Notes: generated by a model from the letters alone, not told the origin. A stretch of DNA of 64,000 bases from Escherichia coli (GCF_009931435.1 NZ_CP043414.1); one strand, 5' to 3'. Counted from the stretch's first letter, positions 42,887 to 54,284 are shown. Numbers and translations are program-made.

Positions 42887-45583
42887 TTACTGCCAGCCGT
42901 AACGACGGCTATAGAACCCTTTCACCAACTGGGTTAACGTCATATACCCTGCCAGAATCGCAACCAGCCACGGGAAATAGCTTAACGGCAGCGCCTGCAG
43001 TTGCAGATAACTGGCCAACGGCGAAAACGGCAATGCGATCCCGACTATCATCACAATCACGGTCATGATCATTAACGGCCACGATGCACAGCTCTGAATA
43101 AACGGTACACGACGGGTACGGATCATATGCACAATCAGCGTTTGCGACAGTAATCCCACCACAAACCAGCCCGACTGGAACAGCGTTTGCGTTTCCGGCG
43201 TGTTGGCATGGAATACCCACCACATCAGGCAAAACGTCAGAATATCGAAGATCGAACTGATCGGTCCGAAGAAGATCATAAAGCGCCCCAAATCCGCCGG
43301 ATTCCAACGCTGAGGCTTTTGAATTTGCTCGTCGTCGACGTTATCAAACGGGATCGCCACCTGTGACACATCGTACAGCAGGTTCTGGATCAGTAAGTGT
43401 AAAGGCAGCATCGGCAGGAAGGGCAAGAAAGCACTCGCCACCAGCACGCTGAACACATTACCGAAGTTAGAACTCGCCGTCATTTTTATGTATTTCAGCA
43501 TGTTGGCGAAAGTCCGGCGTCCTTCAATAACCCCCTCCTCCAGCACCATCAGGCTTTTTTCCAGCAGGATGATATCAGCCGCTTCACGGGCAATATCTAC
43601 CGCACCGTCCACAGAAATGCCGATATCCGCAGCGCGTAAGGCGGGCGCATCATTAATACCATCGCCCATAAAGCCAACCACATGCCCTTCGCGCTTTAGC
43701 AAGGTCACGATGCGTTCTTTATGCATCGGCGTCAGGCGAGCAAACAGCGTGGTGCGCTGTGCAAGATTTGCCAGTTCGTCGTCAGATAGCGTTTCAATAT
43801 CACTACCAATGACCACCTCTCCCGCGTCCAGTCCCACTTCATGGCACACTTTCGCCGCCACTAACTCGCTGTCGCCAGTAAGGATTTTCACGGTAATGCC
43901 ACTCGCTTTTAATGCCTTCAGTGCCGGAGCTGTTGTCTCTTTCGGCGGATCAAGGAAAGCAATATATCCTTCGAGGATCAGGTCGGATTCATCCGCCCGC
44001 TGGTAATCCCCTTCACGTGCTGGCAGGTATTTCGTCGCCACCGCAACCACGCGCAGCCCCTGACGATTCAGCGTATCAGTAACGCGCTTAATCTTACGCA
44101 GTATGATGTCATCAAGCGGCACAATCTCACCATTGTGACGCACCTGCGAACACACATTGAGGATTTCCTGCAATGCGCCTTTGCAAACCAGTTGATGATG
44201 TTCGGTATTCTCTGCCACTACCACCGACATCCGGCGACGCTCGAAATCAAACGGAATCTCATCAATTTTTTGCCAACGACTGGCCAGCGAGCGCGCTGAC
44301 TCTTCATCCGTACCTTCGAGCACCGCTGTATCAAGCAGGTTTTTAAGTCCGGTCTGATAATGACTGTTCAACCACGCGCTATGCAGCACGCGTTCGCTGG
44401 TTTTACCGGAGATATCGGTATGATTCTCCAGCACAATTTTATCCTGCGTCAGGGTGCCGGTTTTATCAGTGCACAGAATATCCATAGCGCCAAAGTTCTG
44501 AATGGCATCCAGATGTTTGACGATCACTTTCTGTTTCGACAGCTTTACGGCACCACGCGCCAGCGTCGAAGTGACAATCATCGGCAACATTTCTGGCGTT
44601 AAGCCTACCGCGACCGAAAGTGCGAACAGTGCCGCTTCCCACCAGTCACCTTTGGTGTAACCGTTGATCAGCAACACCACCGGAGCCATCACCAGCATAA
44701 AGCGAATCAGCAGCATACTGACGCGGCTAATCCCTTGCTGAAAGGCATTCGGCTCGCTTTCCTGCTCACTAACACGCCCCGCCAGTTGACCAAACCAGGT
44801 GTTGGCTCCTGTAGCAATCACCATTGCTTGTGCCGTGCCGCTCACCACGGTGGTGCCCATAAAACACAGGGTGTCGCACTCCAGCGGATTGCTGTGCTCC
44901 GGCTGGCGAGTGGTAGCAGCTTTTTCCACGGGCAGAGACTCACCGGTTAACGACGCCTGAGCGACAAACAGATCCCGCGCCTGCAAGATACGTAAATCTG
45001 CCGGGATCATATCCCCCGCCGCCAGTTTTATAATATCGCCGGGCACTAGTTGGTCTATCGGAATTTCCAGCCAGCCATTTTCACCTTTATCGTTAATTAC
45101 GCGCAGTACCGTCGCGGTATTACTGACCATCGCTTTCAGGGCATCTGCCGCTTTGGTGGAACGAGCTTCCTGAATAAAGTTCAGCAACGTAGAAATAGCG
45201 ACCATTAGCGCGATAACACCTGCGGCAAATAAATCTTCCGTGGCGTAAGAAATAGCACCGAGAATGGTGAGCAAAATATTAAAGGGGTTGCGATAGCAGA
45301 CCCATAAATGTACCCACCACGGCGACGGTTGTTGCGCGGGTAATTTATTTTCACCATGTTGTTCGCGGGCAGATTCCACTTCCGCCTGATTTAACCCTTC
45401 CGGATGGGTATTGAACGTTTTCCATAATTCCTGTTCTGGCATCACCGCCATTTTCAGGCAATGCGCACTTAAGGACGGCGGGACCGCCGTATTCACTGTC
45501 TGCTGCGCGCCAGGCAATGGATCGCGATGAACCAGACGGGAAGGTAAATGGCGAATGAGCCGGGTAAAAATTTCTTTAAACAT
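42887..45583 (-). CDS. mgtA: Mg2+-importing P-type ATPase
   Basis: 898 aa; P-type motifs DKTGTLT and GDGINDAPAL. Confidence 0.95.
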   Translation of the reverse strand: MFKEIFTRLIRHLPSRLVHRDPLPGAQQTVNTAVPPSLSAHCLKMAVMPEQELWKTFNTHPEGLNQAEVESAREQHGENKLPAQQPSPWWVHLWVCYRNPFNILLTILGAISYATEDLFAAGVIALMVAISTLLNFIQEARSTKAADALKAMVSNTATVLRVINDKGENGWLEIPIDQLVPGDIIKLAAGDMIPADLRILQARDLFVAQASLTGESLPVEKAATTRQPEHSNPLECDTLCFMGTTVVSGTAQAMVIATGANTWFGQLAGRVSEQESEPNAFQQGISRVSMLLIRFMLVMAPVVLLINGYTKGDWWEAALFALSVAVGLTPEMLPMIVTSTLARGAVKLSKQKVIVKHLDAIQNFGAMDILCTDKTGTLTQDKIVLENHTDISGKTSERVLHSAWLNSHYQTGLKNLLDTAVLEGTDEESARSLASRWQKIDEIPFDFERRRMSVVVAENTEHHQLVCKGALQEILNVCSQVRHNGEIVPLDDIILRKIKRVTDTLNRQGLRVVAVATKYLPAREGDYQRADESDLILEGYIAFLDPPKETTAPALKALKASGITVKILTGDSELVAAKVCHEVGLDAGEVVIGSDIETLSDDELANLAQRTTLFARLTPMHKERIVTLLKREGHVVGFMGDGINDAPALRAADIGISVDGAVDIAREAADIILLEKSLMVLEEGVIEGRRTFANMLKYIKMTASSNFGNVFSVLVASAFLPFLPMLPLHLLIQNLLYDVSQVAIPFDNVDDEQIQKPQRWNPADLGRFMIFFGPISSIFDILTFCLMWWVFHANTPETQTLFQSGWFVVGLLSQTLIVHMIRTRRVPFIQSCASWPLMIMTVIVMIVGIALPFSPLASYLQLQALPLSYFPWLVAILAGYMTLTQLVKGFYSRRYGWQ

Positions 45584-45850
45584 AAGGAGTCCCTCCGCAC
45601 TGTCTGAAACAGTGCAGAAATGTCTTCAGGCGTGGCGAAGCCTTACCTGAAGGTAATAAAGCTGAGCTGGGACGTTAAAACGTCACGGCCTTACGCATCC
45701 GGTAACGCCGTGAAAAGACGGGCTTACCGGAAAAGTTTTAATCTCCGTCGAGGGAGAGGCGTGGGATCAGGTTCCATATAACCTCCGGTAAGTGAAAAAA
45801 GCGCCGCAAATAATAAGGAGAATCCAATAATATTCGTGGCATTTATGGCG
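45584..45850 (-). promoter_or_regulatory. mgtA 5' leader (Mg2+/proline-sensing riboswitch-attenuator region)
   Basis: Long untranslated leader between the presumed promoter and mgtA start, containing mgtL; assignment by established knowledge of the mgtA leader, boundaries approximate. Confidence 0.55.
45724..45777 (-). CDS. mgtL: mgtA leader peptide
   Basis: 17-aa proline-rich peptide [17 protein letters not shown] (C-terminal end of track ORF 45724-45930) upstream of mgtA. Confidence 0.8.
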
Positions 45851-45959
45851 ATATAATACCTACTGGCAACTAAACCAACGATAAACCAGACTTTACCCAT
45901 TGCTGAATGCACGGGTAAAGTTAGGCTCAAATAATGAAACGCAATTACGGGACAACAGG

Positions 45960-46907
45960 ATGCAAAATCGGCTGACCATCAAAGACATCGCGCGCTTAAG
46001 CGGCGTGGGGAAATCTACGGTTTCCCGAGTGCTGAATAACGAAAGCGGCGTGAGTCAGCGCACGCGCGAGCGCGTGGAAGCAGTGATGAATCAGCATGGA
46101 TTTTCCCCTTCCCGCTCTGCGCGCGCTATGCGTGGGCAAAGCGATAAAGTGGTCGCCATCATTGTTACCCGTCTGGATTCGTTGTCAGAAAATCTCGCCG
46201 TCCAAACCATGCTGCCAGCGTTCTATGAACAAGGTTACGACCCGATCATGATGGAAAGTCAGTTTTCTCCGCAATTAGTTGCCGAACATTTGGGGGTGCT
46301 GAAACGGCGTAATATCGACGGCGTAGTGCTGTTCGGTTTTACCGGCATAACCGAAGACATGTTAGCCCACTGGCAGTCATCGCTGGTTCTGCTGGCACGT
46401 GACGCGAAAGGCTTTGCTTCGGTCTGTTATGACGACGAAGGGGCAATCAAAATCCTGATGCAACGGCTGTATGATCAGGGACATCGTAATATCAGTTATC
46501 TCGGCGTACCGCACAGTGACGTGACGACCGGTAAGCGACGTCACGAAGCCTACCTGGCGTTCTGCAAAGCGCATAAACTGCATCCCGTCGCCGCCCTGCC
46601 AGGCCTTGCGATGAAGCAAGGCTATGAGAACGTAGCAAAAGTGATTACCCCTGAAACTACCGCGTTACTGTGCGCAACCGACACGCTGGCACTTGGCGCA
46701 AGTAAATACTTGCAAGAGCAACGCATCGACACCTTGCAACTGGCGAGCGTCGGTAATACACCGTTAATGAAATTCCTCCATCCGGAGATCGTCACCGTTG
46801 ACCCAGGTTACGCCGAAGCCGGACGCCAGGCGGCCAGCCAGTTAATTGCGCAGGTAACCGGGCGCAGCGAACCGCAACAAATCATCATCCCTGCCACCCT
46901 ATCCTGA
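45960..46907 (+). CDS. treR: Trehalose operon repressor (LacI family)
   Basis: HTH IKDIARLSGVGKSTVSRVLN; start placed at MQNRLTIKD. Confidence 0.9.
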   Translation: MQNRLTIKDIARLSGVGKSTVSRVLNNESGVSQRTRERVEAVMNQHGFSPSRSARAMRGQSDKVVAIIVTRLDSLSENLAVQTMLPAFYEQGYDPIMMESQFSPQLVAEHLGVLKRRNIDGVVLFGFTGITEDMLAHWQSSLVLLARDAKGFASVCYDDEGAIKILMQRLYDQGHRNISYLGVPHSDVTTGKRRHEAYLAFCKAHKLHPVAALPGLAMKQGYENVAKVITPETTALLCATDTLALGASKYLQEQRIDTLQLASVGNTPLMKFLHPEIVTVDPGYAEAGRQAASQLIAQVTGRSEPQQIIIPATLS

Positions 46908-47026
46908 TCGTTTCCTGAACGATAAATTGTGATCTTCGCTGCGTTTCGGGAACGTTCCCGTTTTTTAAATTTTTCCGCGCACTATATTCTGCAGCCAACC
47001 AAAAATGTCATCTGCCATGGGGCTTT

Positions 47027-48448
47027 ATGATGAGCAAAATAAACCAAACGGATCTCGATCGGCTGATTGAACTGGTCGGCGGGCGCGGCAATATTGCGAC
47101 GGTGAGCCACTGTATTACTCGTCTGCGCTTTGTCCTCAACCAACCGGCCAATGCCAGACCGAAAGAAATTGAGCAACTCCCCATGGTGAAAGGCTGTTTC
47201 ACCAATGCCGGGCAATTTCAGGTGGTAATTGGCACCAACGTGGGTGATTACTATCAAGCGTTGATAGCGACGACCGGACAGGCGCAGGTTGATAAAGAGC
47301 AGGTGAAAAAAGCTGCCCGGCAGAATATGAAATGGCATGAGCAGTTGATCTCTCATTTCGCGGAGATCTTCTTCCCGCTGCTGCCCGCGTTGATTAGTGG
47401 TGGTTTGATCCTCGGTTTTCGCAATGTGATCGGCGATTTGCCCATGAGCAACGGTCAAACGCTGGCGCAAATGTACCCTTCCCTGCAAACGATCTACGAT
47501 TTTCTATGGTTGATCGGTGAAGCGATCTTCTTCTACCTGCCGGTCGGAATTTGCTGGTCAGCGGTGAAAAAAATGGGCGGCACGCCGATCCTCGGTATCG
47601 TGCTTGGCGTGACGCTGGTTTCCCCACAGTTGATGAACGCTTATCTGCTCGGGCAGCAGCTACCGGAAGTATGGAACTTTGGCATGTTCAGCATCGCCAA
47701 AGTGGGCTATCAGGCACAAGTTATTCCGGCACTGTTAGCCGGGCTGGCTCTGGGCGTTATAGAAACTCGCCTTAAGCGTATCGTGCCGGATTACCTCTAT
47801 CTGGTGGTGGTGCCGGTCTGTTCGCTGATCCTCGCGGTGTTCCTCGCCCATGCGCTGATTGGTCCGTTTGGTCGCATGATTGGCGATGGCGTTGCCTTTG
47901 CGGTGCGTCACCTGATGACCGGCAGCTTTGCCCCCATTGGTGCGGCATTGTTTGGCTTCCTTTACGCACCGCTGGTGATCACCGGCGTACACCAGACCAC
48001 GCTTGCTATAGATTTGCAGATGATTCAAAGCATGGGTGGCACGCCAGTGTGGCCGCTTATTGCGCTGTCGAATATCGCTCAGGGCTCCGCCGTGATAGGC
48101 ATTATCATTTCCAGCCGCAAGAACAATGAACGCGAGATCTCCGTGCCTGCCGCTATCTCCGCCTGGCTTGGGGTCACTGAGCCTGCAATGTACGGCATCA
48201 ACCTGAAATATCGCTTCCCGATGCTGTGCGCGATGATTGGTTCTGGTCTGGCAGGATTACTATGCGGTCTGAACGGCGTTATGGCGAATGGCATCGGCGT
48301 AGGCGGCCTGCCGGGAATTCTCTCTATTCAACCGAGCTACTGGCAAGTGTTTGCGCTGGCAATGGCTATCGCCATCATCATCCCGATTGTACTCACCTCA
48401 TTTATCTACCAGCGGAAATACCGCCTGGGTACGCTGGACATTGTTTAA
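47027..48448 (+). CDS. treB: PTS trehalose-specific EIIBC component
   Basis: 473 aa; EIIB cysteine motif in N-terminus (VSHCITRLRF); polytopic. Confidence 0.9.
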   Translation: MMSKINQTDLDRLIELVGGRGNIATVSHCITRLRFVLNQPANARPKEIEQLPMVKGCFTNAGQFQVVIGTNVGDYYQALIATTGQAQVDKEQVKKAARQNMKWHEQLISHFAEIFFPLLPALISGGLILGFRNVIGDLPMSNGQTLAQMYPSLQTIYDFLWLIGEAIFFYLPVGICWSAVKKMGGTPILGIVLGVTLVSPQLMNAYLLGQQLPEVWNFGMFSIAKVGYQAQVIPALLAGLALGVIETRLKRIVPDYLYLVVVPVCSLILAVFLAHALIGPFGRMIGDGVAFAVRHLMTGSFAPIGAALFGFLYAPLVITGVHQTTLAIDLQMIQSMGGTPVWPLIALSNIAQGSAVIGIIISSRKNNEREISVPAAISAWLGVTEPAMYGINLKYRFPMLCAMIGSGLAGLLCGLNGVMANGIGVGGLPGILSIQPSYWQVFALAMAIAIIIPIVLTSFIYQRKYRLGTLDIV

Positions 48449-48497
48449 TTTTCTTCGGGGCGCAATTGCGCCCCCTCGCATTTGCAGGAATAACGTA

Positions 48498-50153
48498 ATG
48501 ACGAATCTTCCCCACTGGTGGCAAAACGGCGTTATCTACCAGATTTATCCCAAGAGTTTTCAGGACACCACGGGTAGCGGCACCGGTGATTTAGGTGGCG
48601 TTATCCAACGCCTGGACTATCTGCATAAACTGGGCGTCGATGCTATCTGGCTAACCCCCTTTTATGTCTCTCCCCAGGTCGATAACGGATACGACGTAGC
48701 GAACTATACGGCGATAGATCCCACTTACGGTACGCTGGACGATTTTGACGAAATGGTGACGCAGGCGAAATCACGCGGCATTCGTATCATTCTCGATATG
48801 GTGTTTAACCATACCTCTACCCAACATGCCTGGTTTCGCGAGGCGCTGAGCAAAGAAAGCCCTTACCGCCAGTTTTATATCTGGCGCGATGGTGAACCAG
48901 AAACGCCACCGAATAACTGGCGTTCAAAATTTGGCGGTAGTGCGTGGCGCTGGCATGCAGAAAGCGAACAGTACTATTTGCATCTCTTTGCACCAGAACA
49001 GGCGGATCTCAACTGGGAGAATCCGGCGGTACGCGCAGAACTGAAAAAAGTCTGTGAGTTCTGGGCCGATCGCGGGGTCGACGGGTTACGCCTGGATGTA
49101 GTGAATTTGATCTCTAAAGATCCGCGTTTTCCTAATGACCTGGATGGCGACGGGCGTCGCTTCTACACCGACGGGCCACGAGCACACGAGTTTTTGCACG
49201 AGATGAACCGCGATGTGTTTACGCCTCGCGGTTTAATGACCGTGGGTGAAATGTCCTCCACCAGCCTTGAGCATTGCCAGCGATACGCGGCACTAACAGG
49301 CAGTGAATTGTCGATGACCTTTAATTTTCATCACCTGAAGGTCGATTATCCCGGTGGTGAAAAATGGACGCTGGCTAAACCTGACTTTGTGGCGTTGAAA
49401 GCATTGTTCCGCCACTGGCAACAAGGAATGCACAACGTGGCATGGAATGCCTTGTTCTGGTGTAACCACGATCAGCCGCGCATTGTTTCTCGTTTTGGTG
49501 ATGAAGGGGACTACCGCGAACCTGCGGCAAAAATGCTGGCGATGGTGCTGCATGGCATGCAGGGAACGCCATATATCTATCAGGGCGAAGAGATTGGCAT
49601 GACCAATCCACATTTCACGCGCATTACTGACTATCGCGACGTGGAGAGCCTCAATATGTTTGCCGAACTGCGCAACGATGGGCGTGACGCCGAGGAGTTA
49701 TTGGCAATCCTCGCCAGTAAATCCCGTGACAATAGTCGCACGCCAATGCAATGGAGCAACGGCGATAATGCCGGGTTTACAACGGGTGAACCGTGGATTG
49801 GCCTGGGCGATAACTATCAAGAAATCAACGTAGAAGCTGCGCTGGCCGATGAGTCCTCGGTGTTTTATACCTACCAAAAGTTAATCGCACTGCGTAAGCA
49901 AGAAGCCGTCCTGACATGGGGCAATTACCAGGATCTGCTGCCAGACAGCCCTGTATTGTGGTGCTATCGCCGTGAATGGAAGGGGCAAACCTTGCTGGTC
50001 ATTGCCAACCTTAGCCGTGAGATCCAACCCTGGCAGCCAGGGCAAATGCGAGGAAACTGGCAGCTTGTGATGCATAACTACGAAGAAGCCTCAGCACAAC
50101 CCTGTGCCATGACTTTACGGCCTTTTGAGGCCGTCTGGTGGTTACAGAAGTAA
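48498..50153 (+). CDS. treC: Trehalose-6-phosphate hydrolase
   Basis: GH13 motifs (GVDGLRLDV, FNHTS); start placed at MTNLPHWWQNG. Confidence 0.9.
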   Translation: MTNLPHWWQNGVIYQIYPKSFQDTTGSGTGDLGGVIQRLDYLHKLGVDAIWLTPFYVSPQVDNGYDVANYTAIDPTYGTLDDFDEMVTQAKSRGIRIILDMVFNHTSTQHAWFREALSKESPYRQFYIWRDGEPETPPNNWRSKFGGSAWRWHAESEQYYLHLFAPEQADLNWENPAVRAELKKVCEFWADRGVDGLRLDVVNLISKDPRFPNDLDGDGRRFYTDGPRAHEFLHEMNRDVFTPRGLMTVGEMSSTSLEHCQRYAALTGSELSMTFNFHHLKVDYPGGEKWTLAKPDFVALKALFRHWQQGMHNVAWNALFWCNHDQPRIVSRFGDEGDYREPAAKMLAMVLHGMQGTPYIYQGEEIGMTNPHFTRITDYRDVESLNMFAELRNDGRDAEELLAILASKSRDNSRTPMQWSNGDNAGFTTGEPWIGLGDNYQEINVEAALADESSVFYTYQKLIALRKQEAVLTWGNYQDLLPDSPVLWCYRREWKGQTLLVIANLSREIQPWQPGQMRGNWQLVMHNYEEASAQPCAMTLRPFEAVWWLQK

Positions 50154-50546
50154 GTATCCGCTAAGCCCCGGTAATACTGGTCATTCCGGGGTTTTGCCTT
50201 TCAGTATGTTGTTTTTGTTGATTTTATAATCAACAAATTCATTAAAAAATTTACATAACGCTGTAGCGCCCGTCATCCGTACGCTCTGCTTTTTACTTTG
50301 AGCTACATCAAAAAAAGTTCAAACATCCTTGATGCAAAGCACTATATATAGACTTTAAAATGCGTCCCGACCCAATATGTTGTATTAATCGACTATAATT
50401 GCTACTACAGCTCCCCACGAAAAAGGTGCGGCGTTGTGGATAAGCGGATGGCGATTGCGGAAAGCACCGGAAAACGAAACGAAAAAACCGGAAAACGCCT
50501 TTCCCAATTTCTGTGGATAACCTGTTCTTAAAAATATGGAGCGATC

Positions 50547-52685
50547 ATGACACCGCATGTGATGAAACGAGACGGCTGCAAAGTGCCGTTTAAATCAGAG
50601 CGCATCAAAGAAGCGATTCTGCGTGCAGCTAAAGCAGCGGAAGTCGATGATGCAGATTATTGCGCCACTGTTGCCGCGGTTGTCAGCGAGCAGATGCAGG
50701 GCCGCAGCCAGGTGGATATCAACGAGATCCAGACCGCCGTTGAAAACCAGCTGATGTCGGGTCCATACAAACAACTGGCTCGTGCTTACATCGAGTACCG
50801 TCACGATCGCGATATTGAACGTGAAAAACGCGGTCGCCTGAATCAGGAGATCCGTGGTCTGGTTGAGCAGACCAACGCCTCGTTGCTCAACGAAAACGCC
50901 AACAAAGACAGCAAGGTGATTCCAACCCAGCGCGACCTGCTGGCCGGGATTGTGGCTAAACACTATGCACGTCAGCACCTGCTGCCGCGTGACGTGGTGC
51001 AGGCGCATGAGCGTGGCGATATTCACTATCACGATCTCGATTACTCGCCGTTCTTCCCGATGTTCAACTGCATGTTGATCGACCTGAAAGGTATGCTGAC
51101 CCAGGGCTTTAAGATGGGTAACGCCGAGATTGAACCACCGAAGTCGATCTCTACGGCAACCGCGGTAACAGCGCAGATTATTGCTCAGGTCGCCAGTCAT
51201 ATTTATGGCGGCACCACCATTAACCGTATCGATGAAGTGCTGGCACCGTTTGTCACCGCCAGCTACAACAAACACCGCAAGACCGCAGAAGAGTGGAACA
51301 TCCCGGACGCCGAAGGTTACGCTAACTCTCGTACCATCAAAGAGTGCTACGATGCCTTCCAGTCGCTGGAGTACGAAGTAAACACCCTGCACACCGCCAA
51401 CGGTCAAACACCGTTTGTGACCTTTGGTTTTGGTCTGGGCACCAGCTGGGAGTCTCGCCTGATTCAGGAGTCTATCCTGCGTAACCGTATCGCGGGCCTC
51501 GGTAAAAACCGCAAAACTGCGGTGTTCCCGAAACTGGTGTTTGCGATTCGCGATGGCCTGAACCATAAAAAAGGCGATCCGAACTACGACATCAAACAGC
51601 TGGCGCTGGAGTGCGCAAGCAAGCGCATGTATCCGGATATCCTGAACTACGATCAGGTAGTGAAAGTCACCGGTTCGTTTAAAACCCCGATGGGCTGCCG
51701 TAGCTTCCTCGGCGTGTGGGAAAATGAAAACGGCGAACAGATCCACGATGGTCGTAACAACCTCGGCGTGATCAGCCTGAACCTGCCGCGCATTGCGCTG
51801 GAAGCGAAAGGCGATGAAGCCACCTTCTGGAAGCTGCTGGATGAACGTCTGGTGCTGGCACGTAAGGCGCTGATGACCCGTATCGCTCGTCTCGAAGGCG
51901 TTAAAGCGCGCGTGGCCCCGATCCTCTATATGGAAGGTGCTTGTGGCGTTCGTCTGAATGCTGACGACGACGTTTCTGAAATCTTCAAAAACGGTCGTGC
52001 GTCTATTTCGCTGGGTTACATCGGCATCCACGAAACCATTAACGCGCTGTTTGGCGGCGAGCATGTGTATGACAACGAGCAGCTGCGCGCGAAAGGTATC
52101 GCCATTGTTGAACGTCTGCGTCAGGCGGTGGATCAGTGGAAAGAAGAAACGGGTTACGGTTTTAGCCTTTACAGCACGCCAAGTGAAAACCTGTGCGACC
52201 GCTTCTGCCGTCTCGATACCGCGGAGTTTGGCGTGGTGCCGGGCGTGACTGATAAAGGTTACTACACCAACAGTTTCCACCTCGATGTCGAGAAGAAGGT
52301 GAACCCGTACGACAAGATCGACTTTGAAGCGCCTTACCCGCCGCTGGCGAACGGTGGCTTCATTTGCTACGGCGAATATCCAAACATTCAGCACAACCTG
52401 AAGGCGCTGGAAGATGTCTGGGATTACAGCTATCAGCATGTACCGTATTACGGCACCAATACGCCGATTGATGAGTGTTACGAGTGTGGTTTTACCGGTG
52501 AGTTTGAGTGCACCAGTAAAGGCTTCACCTGCCCGAAATGCGGTAACCATGACGCCTCCCGTGTGTCGGTGACTCGCCGCGTGTGCGGATATTTAGGTAG
52601 CCCGGATGCGCGTCCGTTTAACGCTGGTAAGCAGGAAGAAGTTAAGCGCCGCGTTAAACATTTGGGAAATGGGCAGATCGGTTAA
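50547..52685 (+). CDS. nrdD: Anaerobic ribonucleoside-triphosphate reductase
   Basis: 712 aa; C-terminal glycyl-radical motif RVCGYLG and zinc-ribbon CxxC...CPKCG. Confidence 0.95.
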   Translation: MTPHVMKRDGCKVPFKSERIKEAILRAAKAAEVDDADYCATVAAVVSEQMQGRSQVDINEIQTAVENQLMSGPYKQLARAYIEYRHDRDIEREKRGRLNQEIRGLVEQTNASLLNENANKDSKVIPTQRDLLAGIVAKHYARQHLLPRDVVQAHERGDIHYHDLDYSPFFPMFNCMLIDLKGMLTQGFKMGNAEIEPPKSISTATAVTAQIIAQVASHIYGGTTINRIDEVLAPFVTASYNKHRKTAEEWNIPDAEGYANSRTIKECYDAFQSLEYEVNTLHTANGQTPFVTFGFGLGTSWESRLIQESILRNRIAGLGKNRKTAVFPKLVFAIRDGLNHKKGDPNYDIKQLALECASKRMYPDILNYDQVVKVTGSFKTPMGCRSFLGVWENENGEQIHDGRNNLGVISLNLPRIALEAKGDEATFWKLLDERLVLARKALMTRIARLEGVKARVAPILYMEGACGVRLNADDDVSEIFKNGRASISLGYIGIHETINALFGGEHVYDNEQLRAKGIAIVERLRQAVDQWKEETGYGFSLYSTPSENLCDRFCRLDTAEFGVVPGVTDKGYYTNSFHLDVEKKVNPYDKIDFEAPYPPLANGGFICYGEYPNIQHNLKALEDVWDYSYQHVPYYGTNTPIDECYECGFTGEFECTSKGFTCPKCGNHDASRVSVTRRVCGYLGSPDARPFNAGKQEEVKRRVKHLGNGQIG

Positions 52686-52704
52686 TCTTCACTCTGCGCT
52701 AAGC

Positions 52705-52790
<86 letters not shown>

Positions 52791-52819
52791 ACACGCGGAC
52801 TGATAAGCCAGGCGAAATA

Positions 52820-53284
52820 ATGAATTATCATCAGTACTATCCTGTCGACATCGTCAACGGCCCCGGCACTCGCTGCACCCTGTTTGTCTCCGGGTGTGTT
52901 CATGAATGCCCCGGTTGCTATAACAAAAGCACCTGGCGGGTAAATTCCGGTCAGCCATTTACCAAAGCAATGGAAGACCAGATCATTAACGATCTGAATG
53001 ACACCCGCATCAAACGCCAGGGTATTTCCCTCTCCGGCGGCGATCCGCTGCATCCGCAAAACGTGCCGGATATTCTGAAACTGGTACAACGCATCCGCGC
53101 CGAATGTCCTAGTAAAGACATCTGGGTGTGGACAGGCTATAAACTCGACGAACTCAACGCTACGCAAATGCAGGTTGTTGATTTGATTAACGTGCTGGTC
53201 GACGGCAAATTTATGCAGGATCTAAAAGACCCTTCCCTGATCTGGCGCGGCAGCAGCAATCAGGTGGTGCATCATTTGCGTTAG
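52820..53284 (+). CDS. nrdG: Anaerobic ribonucleotide reductase activating protein (radical SAM)
   Basis: CxxxCxxC radical-SAM cluster motif CVHECPGCYN; start placed at MNYHQYYP. Confidence 0.9.
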   Translation: MNYHQYYPVDIVNGPGTRCTLFVSGCVHECPGCYNKSTWRVNSGQPFTKAMEDQIINDLNDTRIKRQGISLSGGDPLHPQNVPDILKLVQRIRAECPSKDIWVWTGYKLDELNATQMQVVDLINVLVDGKFMQDLKDPSLIWRGSSNQVVHHLR

Positions 53285-53524
53285 TCACTCACCCAGTCGG
53301 ACCTTAATGGCCTCCTGTGGGTTGGCCAGTCGTTCCCTGACAGTGCGTAACAAGGCTTCTTCACTATCACTGACAGTGAGCGTTTTTACCGGCATTCGTC
53401 CATTTTCCGCAACGTACTGAAACAGCAGCCGCACTGCTTCAGTAGGCGTGATGTTTAATTTTTCCAGCACCGCATAAGCCTCATTTTTCAGTTTGTCATC
53501 CAGGCGGACGTTAAGTGTGGCCAT
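53285..53524 (-). CDS. Ribbon-helix-helix protein resembling RelB/DinJ-family antitoxins; no toxin partner in view
   Basis: 79 aa, MATLNVRLDDKLKNEAYAVLEKLNITPTEAVRLL resembles DinJ N-terminus (ARIDEDLKNQAADVL...); downstream is convergent nrdG. Confidence 0.5.
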   Translation of the reverse strand: MATLNVRLDDKLKNEAYAVLEKLNITPTEAVRLLFQYVAENGRMPVKTLTVSDSEEALLRTVRERLANPQEAIKVRLGE

Positions 53525-53714
53525 TATGCCTCCGGTAATTATGAAAAGTGTAATGCATTATAGCAGTACATATGCATTACATTCATTTCTGGAAAACGCC
53601 TCGCAAAAATGAGGATGACACGCAGGATTATGTCGTGGTGAAGATAGATATTGCGGTGATTTTTCGAAGGGTAAGAAAGCGTTGGGCGGTAACGTTTCAC
53701 CGCCCAATAAGGAA

Positions 53715-54104
<390 letters not shown>

Positions 54105-54284
54105 TCACTTCCTTTTTTATTTACACTTCATCCTTCACACTGCCTCATCGACGGCTACGCTCATTCGACCGGGTCACGTACTACGAGTACGCTCCCCGGC
54201 TCTCATTCACTTTCCGTCTCGATGCAGCGCGAATGATTTTGTGTAATTTTTTAGTTTATGGCGCGGCAGGTCGCGCCAGCTTTT

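Noticed and set aside
42909-44006. ORFs inside or antisense to mgtA (132 aa and 172 aa)
   Set aside because: Overlap the conserved P-type ATPase gene; no independent support.
50595-52550. 651-aa ORF antisense to nrdD
   Set aside because: Antisense frame of a conserved gene with no recognisable motifs; nrdD on the plus strand has clear glycyl-radical and zinc-ribbon motifs.
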